Positions 9,155-16,954 of a stretch of 49,437 nucleotides of DNA are shown piece after piece. Position 1 is the first letter of the stretch; every line of letters starts with the position of its first letter. The translations under genes were made by a program, and so were the position numbers. Source of the stretch: Candidatus Parvarchaeota archaeon. GTDB taxonomy: Archaea > Nanobdellota > Nanobdellia > Parvarchaeales > Parvarchaeaceae. The notes below the pieces were generated by a model. The model saw only the letters and a list, made by a program, of their open reading frames with translations. It searched no databases and was not told where the DNA came from. The stretch is from NCBI GenBank assembly GCA_023261805.1, contig JAGDXV010000021.1:1-49437 (forward strand), given 5' to 3'.

Positions 9155-10078
9155 TCAGACTTCAAGCGTCTGCACGACTTTTGTTAGATCGACGGTCGGT
9201 TTTCCGTCCTTATTGCAGATCTCTTGCTGGATAGGCGACTCTAATCCCCTGTCCATCAACCTTTTCTCAAAATTATCCGGGTTTTCCCACTGGAAAAATA
9301 AACCTGTATGCATTTTGTCGGATTTCTCTTCCAATAAGATTTTAATCGCTTGAAGTTTCTTTTCCATAACTTCTTTTTCATCCAATGGATTGTGAACCAC
9401 TGGATCGTAGTTGCTGTCAAGAGGAATGAGATGTTGCGAAAACCAAGATGAGGAAGTATATTCTTCATTGTAAGATGGGCAACCTTGCATTATATCTATC
9501 AACGCTATACCTTTGTGTCTTATCGCCTTGACCATCAAATCAGTTTGTTCCTTAACATTGTAGCTTTGCGTCCTTGCGACGAAAGTATATCCTGCAGCTA
9601 TTGCGAGGATGAGAGGATCTATCGGACTATTTATATTTGGGAGTGCGATGCCCTTGACTTTCGTTCCTTCTGGCAGCGTCGGGCTAGCTTGCCCTTTTGT
9701 CAGAGCATAAACCCCATTATCGTGGACAAAGAGTTTTATGTCGACGTTTCTTCTTGCAGCGCTTATGAAATGTCCAACCCCGATCCCGTATGTATCACCA
9801 TCACCGCTGTCTATAAGAACAGTTAGCTCAGGATTCGCTATTTTTACTCCTTCAGCAAAAGGTATTGGCCTTCCATGGAGAGTGTGTATGCCATTTACAT
9901 TGACGAAGTGAGGAAGCTTTGATGAGCAACCTATTCCGGACACGATGACCGTCTTATGTGGGTCAACGCCAGAATTTATTATCGCATTTTTAACAGCCAG
10001 AAGTATGCCTGCATCCCCACAACCAGGGCACCAGTCATTGAGCTCGTGCGAATCAAGATCTTTTAGACTAATAGCCAT
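9155..10078 (-). CDS. korB: 2-oxoacid:ferredoxin oxidoreductase beta subunit
   Basis: WCPGCG, SGIGCS, TLHGR, TPP motif GDGD...DNGVYALTKGQASPT. Confidence 0.95.
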   Translation of the reverse strand: MAISLKDLDSHELNDWCPGCGDAGILLAVKNAIINSGVDPHKTVIVSGIGCSSKLPHFVNVNGIHTLHGRPIPFAEGVKIANPELTVLIDSGDGDTYGIGVGHFISAARRNVDIKLFVHDNGVYALTKGQASPTLPEGTKVKGIALPNINSPIDPLILAIAAGYTFVARTQSYNVKEQTDLMVKAIRHKGIALIDIMQGCPSYNEEYTSSSWFSQHLIPLDSNYDPVVHNPLDEKEVMEKKLQAIKILLEEKSDKMHTGLFFQWENPDNFEKRLMDRGLESPIQQEICNKDGKPTVDLTKVVQTLEV

Positions 10079-11867
10079 TTAAAATCACCTTCTTTTCTCC
10101 ATTCTTTATCCTATCGATGGCCTCTCTTAGTTCATCGCATCTGATGGGTCTTCCATTATACTTCAAAATTTCATTTTCGATCATGAATCCAGTTTGTGAA
10201 GATATGTGCTGCTTTAATTGCGCACCGATATTTTGTTCAACTATCACCGTTTTCTTTGCGTTTTTGAGGAGTTCTACAGTCTCCTTAGGATACGGCTGAA
10301 TGAGTTTTATTTGCAATGCTGCTTCATCCTCCTTAATTGCATCGATCACAGGACCTATCGAACTCCCCCAGGTTACTATCAGCAAATCTGCTTTTCCTGG
10401 ATCGTTGTAAATCTCATACTTCTCATCCCGCTTCAGCTCAGAAAGTATCAATTCCTTCTTCTTGTTTCTCTTTTCCATCATCTTATTTCTATTGTTTGGT
10501 TCTTCAAGAACATGGCCATATTCGTCATGCTCATCGCCAGCAACATACATTACTGCGTTTGGGTCGCCGAGCTTTATACGTGGAGATATGCCGTTGTTTG
10601 TGAGTAAATAACGTTTGTATTCGCCCTTAGAAGGGTCATGCTCAACGAGCAAGCCTCTGTCAACTCGGTATGTATCTATAATTTCGTTAAGTGCATCTTT
10701 CTTCAGGCTTTTTGATGTTTGAGCGATGAATTTATCGCCAAGCACAATGACTGGCAGTTGATATCGTTCTGCATAATTGAAGGCATCGGCCGTTGTTTTT
10801 ATCATCTGCTCTATCGTTCCTGGAGAAAGAACTATTCTGTCGAAGTCTCCATGACCTTGATGTATCGCAAATAGAAGATCTCCCTGCTCTGTTCTTGTTG
10901 GCAGCCCGGTTGCCGGCGCGCCTCTTTGATGGTCAACTATGACAAGCGGAGTTTCTGTCATCCCCGCGTACGACACAGTTTCAGTCATCAGCGCAAAGCC
11001 AGGACCCGACGTCGATGTTGCAGCCCTTACTCCAGCAAGGGATGCGCCCGCCACTATACCTATAACCGCAAGTTCACTTTCAGGTTGGATCACGCGTATA
11101 CCCAATTCTGGGTGAGCCTCTAAGAAAGTGCTTTCGTCGCTTGCAGGCGTAATAGGGTAATAAACCTGTATTTTGCAGCCAGCTATGGATTTGCCTATCG
11201 CTGCTGCTGTTGTGCCCTCTATGTAAAGTGATTCGTTTTGCAATTTATCCAATTTCATTATCTGTTTTTCATTTTTCATTGATTCATATGTCAGATCGGC
11301 TACAGCAAGGTTGAGATCGATGACTTTTTGTGGTTTGTTCCTAAAGGTTGAGCTTATGGATTCTATAAGTTCTTCCTTTTCTATGGATAAAAGGTAAGCT
11401 GATGATACAACCGCTACAACATTCTTTGTTATCTCAGCCTCTGGCAAACTTACATTCATCTTCTGTGCCGCAGATTTTATTATCGAATCAAAATCTATTG
11501 TTATTATATTGATGTCATTCCTGTTGATCTTTGATTTATCAATTTTCTTGTCTATTATCAACGTTCCATTTGACTTTATATCTCTTATATGACCTTCATG
11601 TATCGTTTCTCCATGCTGGTTTTTCTCACCAAAGACAGATTCATTGTCAAAGAAGACCGCAAAATCAGCATAGGACTCAAAGGACCGTATTTCTTTTTCA
11701 GATACTCTGACAATGAAGAAACTGTGCATCCCTTTTATATTTGAAAAATATTCTCTGTATCCAAAGGTTTTGTAGCCGTGCTTTATCATGATTTTCGAGA
11801 ACATCTCCAGCGCAGCATCTATTCCACTCCCTTGCTTTCCTCCAGTCATCCATGTGAAATCTACCAT
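10068..11867 (-). CDS. korA: 2-oxoacid:ferredoxin oxidoreductase alpha subunit (gamma-alpha fusion)
   Basis: GGKQGSGI, YYPITPAS, TSTSGPGF, QRGAPATGLPT. The true start is ATG 11867; the ORF-track extension to 12038 runs antisense over the tRNA. Confidence 0.95.
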   Translation of the reverse strand: MVDFTWMTGGKQGSGIDAALEMFSKIMIKHGYKTFGYREYFSNIKGMHSFFIVRVSEKEIRSFESYADFAVFFDNESVFGEKNQHGETIHEGHIRDIKSNGTLIIDKKIDKSKINRNDINIITIDFDSIIKSAAQKMNVSLPEAEITKNVVAVVSSAYLLSIEKEELIESISSTFRNKPQKVIDLNLAVADLTYESMKNEKQIMKLDKLQNESLYIEGTTAAAIGKSIAGCKIQVYYPITPASDESTFLEAHPELGIRVIQPESELAVIGIVAGASLAGVRAATSTSGPGFALMTETVSYAGMTETPLVIVDHQRGAPATGLPTRTEQGDLLFAIHQGHGDFDRIVLSPGTIEQMIKTTADAFNYAERYQLPVIVLGDKFIAQTSKSLKKDALNEIIDTYRVDRGLLVEHDPSKGEYKRYLLTNNGISPRIKLGDPNAVMYVAGDEHDEYGHVLEEPNNRNKMMEKRNKKKELILSELKRDEKYEIYNDPGKADLLIVTWGSSIGPVIDAIKEDEAALQIKLIQPYPKETVELLKNAKKTVIVEQNIGAQLKQHISSQTGFMIENEILKYNGRPIRCDELREAIDRIKNGEKKVILNGY

Positions 11868-11932
11868 GTTATTTTCTCCAAAAAGTAAAGCGATTGTGAG
11901 TATAATGAAGTCTTTCAATAAATACTTTAACG

Positions 11933-11940
11933 TTTTAATA
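11933..11940 (+). promoter_or_regulatory. Putative TATA box for the permuted tRNA precursor
   Basis: TTTTAATA about 25 nt upstream of the first paired leader base (11965), the typical archaeal TATA spacing. Confidence 0.55.
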
Positions 11941-11964
11941 GCGGCAGCCTTTAGATAAAGCATA

Positions 11965-12064
11965 GAGGGGGCAGATGAAGCTTTTAACCGGTTGGTTGGG
12001 GGTTCAAATCCCCTCGGACGCATGCGTCCGTAGCTCAACCAGGCAGAGCATCCGTTGCTCCCTC
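11965..12064 (+). tRNA. Circularly permuted tRNA-Lys(UUU): 3' half 11980-12022, 1-nt spacer, 5' half 12024-12054, BHB junction at 30/31
   Basis: The joined sequence GCGTCCG TA GCTC AACCAGGCA GAGC A TCCG|G CTTTTAA CCGGT TGGTT GGGGG TTCAAAT CCCCT CGGACGC A folds into a complete cloverleaf. Leader 11965-11979 and trailer 12055-12064 form a bulge-helix-bulge with the halves. Confidence 0.93.
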
Positions 12065-12103
12065 GATAAATGTTTATAATGCACTGATTATTAGATATTA
12101 TTG

Positions 12104-13621
12104 ATGGAAGGGGAAACAGTGTTGAGTCAGTACACCCTTGAATCGGATGGGATAGTCGCCGATGTGATAATAAGAAGGGTGCCAGGCATGTCTGTCCCTC
12201 AGTATTTTGTTAATCTGCCTAATATAGATGAAGGAACATACGCGTTATTGAAGTCATTGAGGATCGAGTTAATAAGAGAAATACCGGAGAAAATACAGCA
12301 GCTATCAACCGGCGGGACAGATCAGCAGAAACAAGAGTTTTTGGATCTGGTGATAACCAAGCTTCAGTCGCTTCTTCCCAATTTAACAGAGGAAACATAC
12401 AGGAGTCTTGCTGGCACTCTCTTCCATGAGATGTTCGGTCTTGGAGAGATAGAAGTTATAGATTCGGATGACAATCTTGAGGATATAGTCGTCAATAACT
12501 CAAAAACGAATGTGCTTGTTTACCACAGGAAGTTCGGCTGGCTTGAAACTAACCTTAGAATAGATGAAGAAGAAAAAATAGAGAACTATGCGGAACAGAT
12601 AGCGCGTCGTGTTGGAAGGCAGATCACTATACTCAATCCTCTTTTGGATGCTCAGCTTCTAAATGGAGACAGGGTAAATGCTACTTTATTTCCGATATCA
12701 ACCAAGGGGAATACGATAGATATCAGAAAATTCCGTGCAGAGCCATGGACACTCGTTGATTTCCTTCAGAATAAAACCATCTCCGCCGAGGCAGCAGCAT
12801 TCTTGTGGCAGGCGATAGAATATGAACTGTCGTTTATAGTCACAGGTGGTACCGCTTCAGGAAAAACAAGTTTACTGAATGTTCTAATCGGTTTCATCCC
12901 GCCAAATCAGAGGATAATAACCATAGAAGATACGGAAGAGCTCGTTCTTCCGAAGTTCCTTCATTGGGTTCCTCTACTTACGAGACAACCAAATGCCGAA
13001 GGAAAAGGAGAGGTAACGATGCTTGATCTTCTTGTTAACTCATTAAGGATGAGGCCAGATAGGCTGGTTGTTGGTGAAATCAGAAGAAGAGAGGAGGCGG
13101 AGACACTTTTCGAGGCCTTAATGACAGGTCACTCAGTTTATGCGACGATGCACGCAGAGACGGCTCAGCAGATAGTGAATAGACTTCTTTCAGATCCGAT
13201 AAATCTTCCGGAGATAGAAGTAGCGTCCTTGGATCTCATAGTCACCGCCTTCAGGCAGAGGAGGTTGGGAATAAGGAGAGTATTAGAGGTGGCAGAGGTA
13301 GAGGAAGCGATGAGCGCAGGGAAGGTCGAATTACGCGTTAACAATCTATTTCAATGGAAAGCGAGGACGGATACTATAGAGAAGAGTTTGTCACCGTCCG
13401 TGAAGGTTCAATCGAAGATAGAATTGTACTCAGGTTTAACCGCATCTGAGATACAGGACGACTTGAATCAGAAACTCAAGGTCCTGAACTGGATGGTTAG
13501 GCATAAGCTTCCTAATTTAGAATCCATAGGTCTTGTATTGAATGATTATTACATTTTCAAGGATAGACTTTTGGATGCCGTAGAAAAGGACCTTGACTTT
13601 CAAGCGGTGCAAAGACTATGA
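12104..13621 (+). CDS. Type IV pilus / type II-IV secretion ATPase (VirB11/CpaF-like)
   Basis: Walker A GGTASGKT, 'ITIEDTEEL', 'LRMRPDRLVVGEIR', 'TGHSVYATMHA'. Confidence 0.95.
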   Translation: MEGETVLSQYTLESDGIVADVIIRRVPGMSVPQYFVNLPNIDEGTYALLKSLRIELIREIPEKIQQLSTGGTDQQKQEFLDLVITKLQSLLPNLTEETYRSLAGTLFHEMFGLGEIEVIDSDDNLEDIVVNNSKTNVLVYHRKFGWLETNLRIDEEEKIENYAEQIARRVGRQITILNPLLDAQLLNGDRVNATLFPISTKGNTIDIRKFRAEPWTLVDFLQNKTISAEAAAFLWQAIEYELSFIVTGGTASGKTSLLNVLIGFIPPNQRIITIEDTEELVLPKFLHWVPLLTRQPNAEGKGEVTMLDLLVNSLRMRPDRLVVGEIRRREEAETLFEALMTGHSVYATMHAETAQQIVNRLLSDPINLPEIEVASLDLIVTAFRQRRLGIRRVLEVAEVEEAMSAGKVELRVNNLFQWKARTDTIEKSLSPSVKVQSKIELYSGLTASEIQDDLNQKLKVLNWMVRHKLPNLESIGLVLNDYYIFKDRLLDAVEKDLDFQAVQRL

Positions 13622-14532
13622 AATACCGAAGAAAACAGCGTAGGCTTCCGACGCTCTTTTTTAGCGAGGAAAAGATCCTTTCCATGTCGAGGAGTTTTAG
13701 AGCGATAGGATATAGGCTTCACAAATCTTTACCATTGATCGGTGTCTCTCTAAGAGAAGCAGGGCTAGAAGATATAGATCCGATCATATTCTTATCATCA
13801 GCTTTTGTTGTCACTTTAACGTTGTTTTTGGTGATCGGTGCGATCTTTTCCTTTTTCCTCTTTGAAGTTTATATAAGAGGCTTATTGAACAATGTCGTTT
13901 TGTACACGTCACTCTTCTTTATTTTTATTGTGCCGATTATATATTTTCTTTATTACATCAATTATCCAAGACTTATAGCGGGAAGGAGACAAGCTCAGAT
14001 AGAGGAGAAATTAGTTTTTGCAATGAGAGATATAATGATAAAGGTAAGGTCTGGCGTCTCTCTTTTCAATGCGATACTCGATGTTTCAGCTGGCGACTAT
14101 GGTCTGGTTTCTGAAGAGTTCAAGATAGTTGTTGAGGAGATAGAATCAGGGATATCGCAAGAAACAGCCCTCGAAAATCTTTCCAGGAGAACCTCTTCGC
14201 AGGTCTTCAGAAGATCGATAGATATATTGACGAATGCGATGAGGTCAGGGAGTGATGTTGCAGGTACGCTCGGTTTAATAAATGACATGCTTGTTAAGAA
14301 ACAGCAGTCAGATATGATCTCATACGCAGCTGAATTGACGCCCTTCTCAATGGCTTTTATGCTCGTCGCGATAGTCTTTCCAAGCCTAGGCATGTCAGTA
14401 TTTATAATTCTTGGTTCGATGCTTCACATCAATGTGATAATCTTCATTTACATATTGCCTGTATTTCTGGTTGTTTTTCAGGTTTTCTTCGTCGGTTTGG
14501 TTAAGTCAAGGAGGCCGGCGATAGGTGTTTGA
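13618..14532 (+). CDS. TadC/GspF-like pilus assembly membrane protein
   Basis: T2SSF-like cytoplasmic domain (SGVSLFNAI...YGLVSEEF...SGSDV) between TM helices; overlaps the ATPase stop (ATGA). Confidence 0.88.
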   Translation: MKYRRKQRRLPTLFFSEEKILSMSRSFRAIGYRLHKSLPLIGVSLREAGLEDIDPIIFLSSAFVVTLTLFLVIGAIFSFFLFEVYIRGLLNNVVLYTSLFFIFIVPIIYFLYYINYPRLIAGRRQAQIEEKLVFAMRDIMIKVRSGVSLFNAILDVSAGDYGLVSEEFKIVVEEIESGISQETALENLSRRTSSQVFRRSIDILTNAMRSGSDVAGTLGLINDMLVKKQQSDMISYAAELTPFSMAFMLVAIVFPSLGMSVFIILGSMLHINVIIFIYILPVFLVVFQVFFVGLVKSRRPAIGV

Positions 14533-14534
14533 AC

Positions 14535-15572
14535 ATGGAAACGAGAAATCGTGGGATTTTGATGGTGCTTTCAGCTTTCGTTCCAAAGACATTTCGTTTG
14601 TCGATGGAGAAAAACATAGTTTATGCGCAGATGTCAATAAAAAACGTTTATGCCTTTCTAGGCGCCTTCGTTCTACTGTCTTTGATTTTGTCGATAATCG
14701 TCTCTTTTATTGTTTTTCAGTATGCTTTTTCATACATTGATTACTACGCATGGATACTTTTCATTGGATTGGTACCTTCGCTTTTCTTTGGCGTACTTTT
14801 CACGGTCAGAGCTATACTTGCTTTGATAGCTGGGAGAGCGGCTGAGCAGGTTGACAAGGCACTGCCGGACATGCTTCTTTTGATGGCTGCCAACCTTAGG
14901 GCCGGAATGGTACCGGAGAATTCATTCATCGAGTCTATGAGACCACAATTTGGGAAGCTCAATAATCTACTGAAAGAAGCGGCAATAGATGTGCAGAGCG
15001 GAAACAATTTTAGATCAGCGCTTTTGAACATGTCAGAAAAGACAAGTTCAAGATTCTTCAAAGAAACTATAAAGATAATTTCCGATGCAATAAGGTCTGG
15101 AGGAGAATTGCATCTGACATTGGAGAATCTAGCTGATAATCTCTTGCAGAGCGAGGCTCTAAGGAGGTCGATGAAAGCCCAGGTAAGAAGTTACTCTCTT
15201 TTCATTTTTATCGCTTCTGTATTTGCGGCCCCGCTTCTTTATGGCGTTGCCTCTCTTTTGATAGGCATTCTTGATAAGGTAGCATCGACAATAGGAACGA
15301 GGACTGTCACAACCCCTTCAGTCGGATTGGGAGCTTTTTCATCTTTTACCCTCGTCCCGGTCCCGGTGAATCTTGTCCTTCTTGTGGCGATAATAGATGT
15401 CGTGATCACAACATCAGCGAGTGCGCTTGTTGGTGGTGTTCTTAATACAGGTAATGCGAAGGATGGCATAACTACCTTGCCTATTTATCTCCTTTTAGGT
15501 TTAGGGATATTCTTTGCTGTCAGGATATTCCTCTCTGGGTTATTTTCATCGATAATGGTTGGAGCTATATAG
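14535..15572 (+). CDS. TadC/GspF-like pilus assembly membrane protein
   Basis: 'LPDMLLLMAANLRAGM...SGGELHLTLENLA' T2SSF signature plus TM helices. Confidence 0.88.
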   Translation: METRNRGILMVLSAFVPKTFRLSMEKNIVYAQMSIKNVYAFLGAFVLLSLILSIIVSFIVFQYAFSYIDYYAWILFIGLVPSLFFGVLFTVRAILALIAGRAAEQVDKALPDMLLLMAANLRAGMVPENSFIESMRPQFGKLNNLLKEAAIDVQSGNNFRSALLNMSEKTSSRFFKETIKIISDAIRSGGELHLTLENLADNLLQSEALRRSMKAQVRSYSLFIFIASVFAAPLLYGVASLLIGILDKVASTIGTRTVTTPSVGLGAFSSFTLVPVPVNLVLLVAIIDVVITTSASALVGGVLNTGNAKDGITTLPIYLLLGLGIFFAVRIFLSGLFSSIMVGAI

Positions 15573-15645
15573 GGGCCCATGGTCTAGCGGTTATGACGTT
15601 GCCTTCACATGGCAAAGGTCGGGAGTTCAAATCTCCCTGGGCCCA
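15573..15645 (+). tRNA. tRNA-Val(CAC), intronless, CCA not encoded
   Basis: GGGCCCA...TTGCC TT CAC AT GGCAA...GGGAG TTCAAAT CTCCC TGGGCCC A cloverleaf. Confidence 0.96.
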
Positions 15646-15739
15646 CTGAAATCCTATTTTGTGAAAGCCAATTGTTCATTTTTAAAAGGGTTGTGTTTGT
15701 CTTTTTAATCTGGAGATAGTCTAAGAGGTTTCTTTAAAA

Positions 15740-15812
15740 TAGCCCCGACCGGATTTGAACCGATGTCCTCAGGTCCAGAGCCTGATATCCTTGACCGCTA
15801 GACTACGGGGCT
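15740..15812 (-). tRNA. tRNA-Gln(CUG), intronless, CCA not encoded
   Basis: Reverse complement AGCCCCG...TCAGG CT CTG GA CCTGA...ATCGG TTCAAAT CCGGT CGGGGCT A. The A1-U72 pair is typical of archaeal tRNA-Gln. Confidence 0.96.
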
Positions 15813-15863
15813 TCATTTGATTACTTAAATTTATACAAATTAATCTTTTAATGACGGCCCTGC

Positions 15864-16163
15864 TTAGATTTTATAGATCTGTGCATGCTTTGTTTCGCCG
15901 ATCAAAATGATGTTTTCTCTTTTAATGAAATTATTTTCAATTGCAAAGTCAACCGAATTGTTCCCAATTATATTTACGTTTTCTCCTTCCCTGAGGAAGT
16001 TTGTCAGGTCTTTGATTTCAACAAGCTCCCCTTTGTAGAAATCCTCCGAGACATTGAATATTATCTCTCTTTTTTTATCTTCGATTGATTTTCCTATGAT
16101 CTCTTCATCGCTTATCGCTATAACCTTTCCTCCACCATGTACCTTTACGTAAGCTTTTGGCAT
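15864..16163 (-). CDS. DUF424-family conserved archaeal protein
   Basis: 'VIAISDEEIIGK...VSEDFYKG...NIIGNNSV...HAQ' pattern; downstream of aIF2-beta. Confidence 0.8.
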   Translation of the reverse strand: MPKAYVKVHGGGKVIAISDEEIIGKSIEDKKREIIFNVSEDFYKGELVEIKDLTNFLREGENVNIIGNNSVDFAIENNFIKRENIILIGETKHAQIYKI

Positions 16164-16164
16164 A

Positions 16165-16563
16165 TCACTTTATTCTTCCTACAGGATATTCGGCGCCGCA
16201 TGCCATGCATTTAATGAAATAATTTTTTTCCTCCTTCACAAGCTGTGTATCGGGTGATTTACACTGCTTGCATATGACGTATTCATTAATGTAACCGTTG
16301 ATTTTTTCATTTATTAGGTTTCTACCAAATCTTCCGGCGAGTATCAGTTTTCCCCCTTCCATCTGACCGGAAGAGGTAAGTTCATGCATAAGGTATTTAG
16401 CTAAATGATCTATCGGTCTATTGATATAATTTGCTAACTTGTCAAGAGTGATAGTAGTTCTTTGTCCAGACTGCTCTATGTCAACGGCAGGCGGGGTGAA
16501 TCTTATTCCATTTGTAGTCTTTTTACTGCTCATTATCTTTCTAAGCAATTCGTCATATTCCAT
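16165..16563 (-). CDS. eif2b: Translation initiation factor aIF-2 beta
   Basis: 'INRPIDHLAKYLMHEL' and the C-terminal Zn ribbon 'YVICKQCKSPDT...CMACGA'. Confidence 0.95.
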   Translation of the reverse strand: MEYDELLRKIMSSKKTTNGIRFTPPAVDIEQSGQRTTITLDKLANYINRPIDHLAKYLMHELTSSGQMEGGKLILAGRFGRNLINEKINGYINEYVICKQCKSPDTQLVKEEKNYFIKCMACGAEYPVGRIK

Positions 16564-16954
16564 GCATTAACTCCTGAAGATTCTTAATACATTCGAGCTT
16601 ATTATACATGTACCTCTCAAGATTTATCTTTTTGATGTTATTTAATGATAGAACGACTCCGTTGTCAGTGTTTTCCACCGTCCCTAAAACTTCGACCATA
16701 TCGCCTTTGCCTATATTTTCAAAATATTTAAAAAGGGGTCGCTGAAAATGTACGAGCACGGAAGAAAAGGTATCATCCAATATTAGATACCCACTTCCCT
16801 TATCTTCATCTAAGTCTAAATTTATGACCGTTCCCACTAGGTGAAGCCTGTATATCTTTATCCCGTTTAGCAGAAGATAACTTCCATCACTGTCGGAGCC
16901 AGGCGATGCGGATTTTATCACCGATAATGGCAAAAGAAAGAAAGTGAAGTTCAT
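16553..16954 (-). CDS. Single OB-fold protein, RPA2/RPA32-like
   Basis: 'RLHLVGTVI...LILDDT...GDMVEVLGTV' OB-fold pattern followed by a C-terminal helix; coupled to mcm. Confidence 0.65.
   Translation of the reverse strand: MNFTFFLLPLSVIKSASPGSDSDGSYLLLNGIKIYRLHLVGTVINLDLDEDKGSGYLILDDTFSSVLVHFQRPLFKYFENIGKGDMVEVLGTVENTDNGVVLSLNNIKKINLERYMYNKLECIKNLQELMHGI

Noticed and set aside
11868..12038. 57-aa N-terminal extension of korA in the ORF track
   Set aside because: It is the antisense of the permuted tRNA and its promoter; family similarity begins at ATG 11867.
11980..12054. Reading the locus as an integrase att-site tRNA fragment, a pseudo-tRNA or two trans-spliced halves
   Set aside because: Both halves are complete, non-redundant and 1 nt apart behind one promoter, and their flanks form an exact BHB. 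No integrase or duplicated tRNA end is seen.
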